A stretch of 64,000 nt of DNA from assembly GCF_001194135.2 (NCBI RefSeq), contig NC_068986.1, positions 3,078,197-3,142,196 of the forward strand. Reading direction: 5' to 3'. A program made the translations under genes and the position numbers. Numbering within the stretch: the first letter of the stretch is position 1; each line of letters starts with the position of its first letter. This document shows, one piece after another, positions 63,590 through 64,000 of this stretch. The notes beneath the pieces were generated by a model, which saw only the letters and a list, made by a program, of their open reading frames with translations, had not been told where the DNA came from and ran no database searches. The stretch is from Octopus bimaculoides (lineage: Eukaryota).

Positions 63590-63930
63590 AGCAGCCATGC
63601 TGGAGCACCACCTCGAAAAAGTTTTTAGTCAAATGAATCAACCTTAGTACTTATTTTTTTTTTTTTTTTAAAGCCTGGTTCTTATTCTATCAGTCTCTTT
63701 GCTGAACCACTAAGTTACAGGAACATAACAACACCAACACTGGTTGTCAAGCAGTGGCGGTGGACAAACACTTATGCAAAGACACACACACAATAGAGGC
63801 TTCTTTCAGTTTCTGCCTATCAAATCCACTCACAAGGCTTTGGTCAGCCCCACTTGCCTAAGGTGGCATGCAGTGGGACTGAACCCAAAACTATGTAATA
63901 GGAAAGCAAGCTTCTTACCACACAGCCATG
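63590..63930 (-). mobile_element. SINE family A, diverged
   Basis: Aligns to the other copies. Confidence 0.8.
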
Positions 63931-64000
63931 TCTATGTTAAAAGAAAAGAGACAACTGAAAAAGTAATATAGGAACAGGTATGGCAGTGTGGTAAAGGAAT

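Overview
AT-rich, microsatellite- and repeat-dense animal DNA from a gapped draft assembly (11 N-gaps). It is probably an octopod cephalopod (Octopus), inferred from the SINE, LINE and microsatellite families. The only host gene I can support is a chimaerin (SH2-C1-RhoGAP; CHN1/CHN2-like) on the minus strand. Two small coding exons, 43543-43599 (57 nt) and 4490-4545 (56 nt), are separated by a ~39-kb intron and splice in frame to ...EQLPQWKTY|LYQLQKEAPHPRRIICHRE. The ORF track shows neither exon. The SH2, C1 and GAP exons must lie left of the window. The rest is intron or upstream DNA filled with at least four tRNA-headed SINE families, 3' tails and remnants of RTE-type LINEs, an R4/Dong-like (restriction-like endonuclease) retrotransposon remnant, a mariner remnant, a hAT MITE with an intact 8-bp TSD, piggyBac-like MITEs and simple repeats. 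The most unusual signal is a set of short elements, mostly next to or inside (TA)n tracts, that carry hammerhead-ribozyme-like cores (five motifs, all antisense to the host gene) or long fold-back palindromes. They look like non-autonomous Penelope-like or retrozyme-like families. Candidate alternative first exons of the chimaerin are reported as hypotheses.
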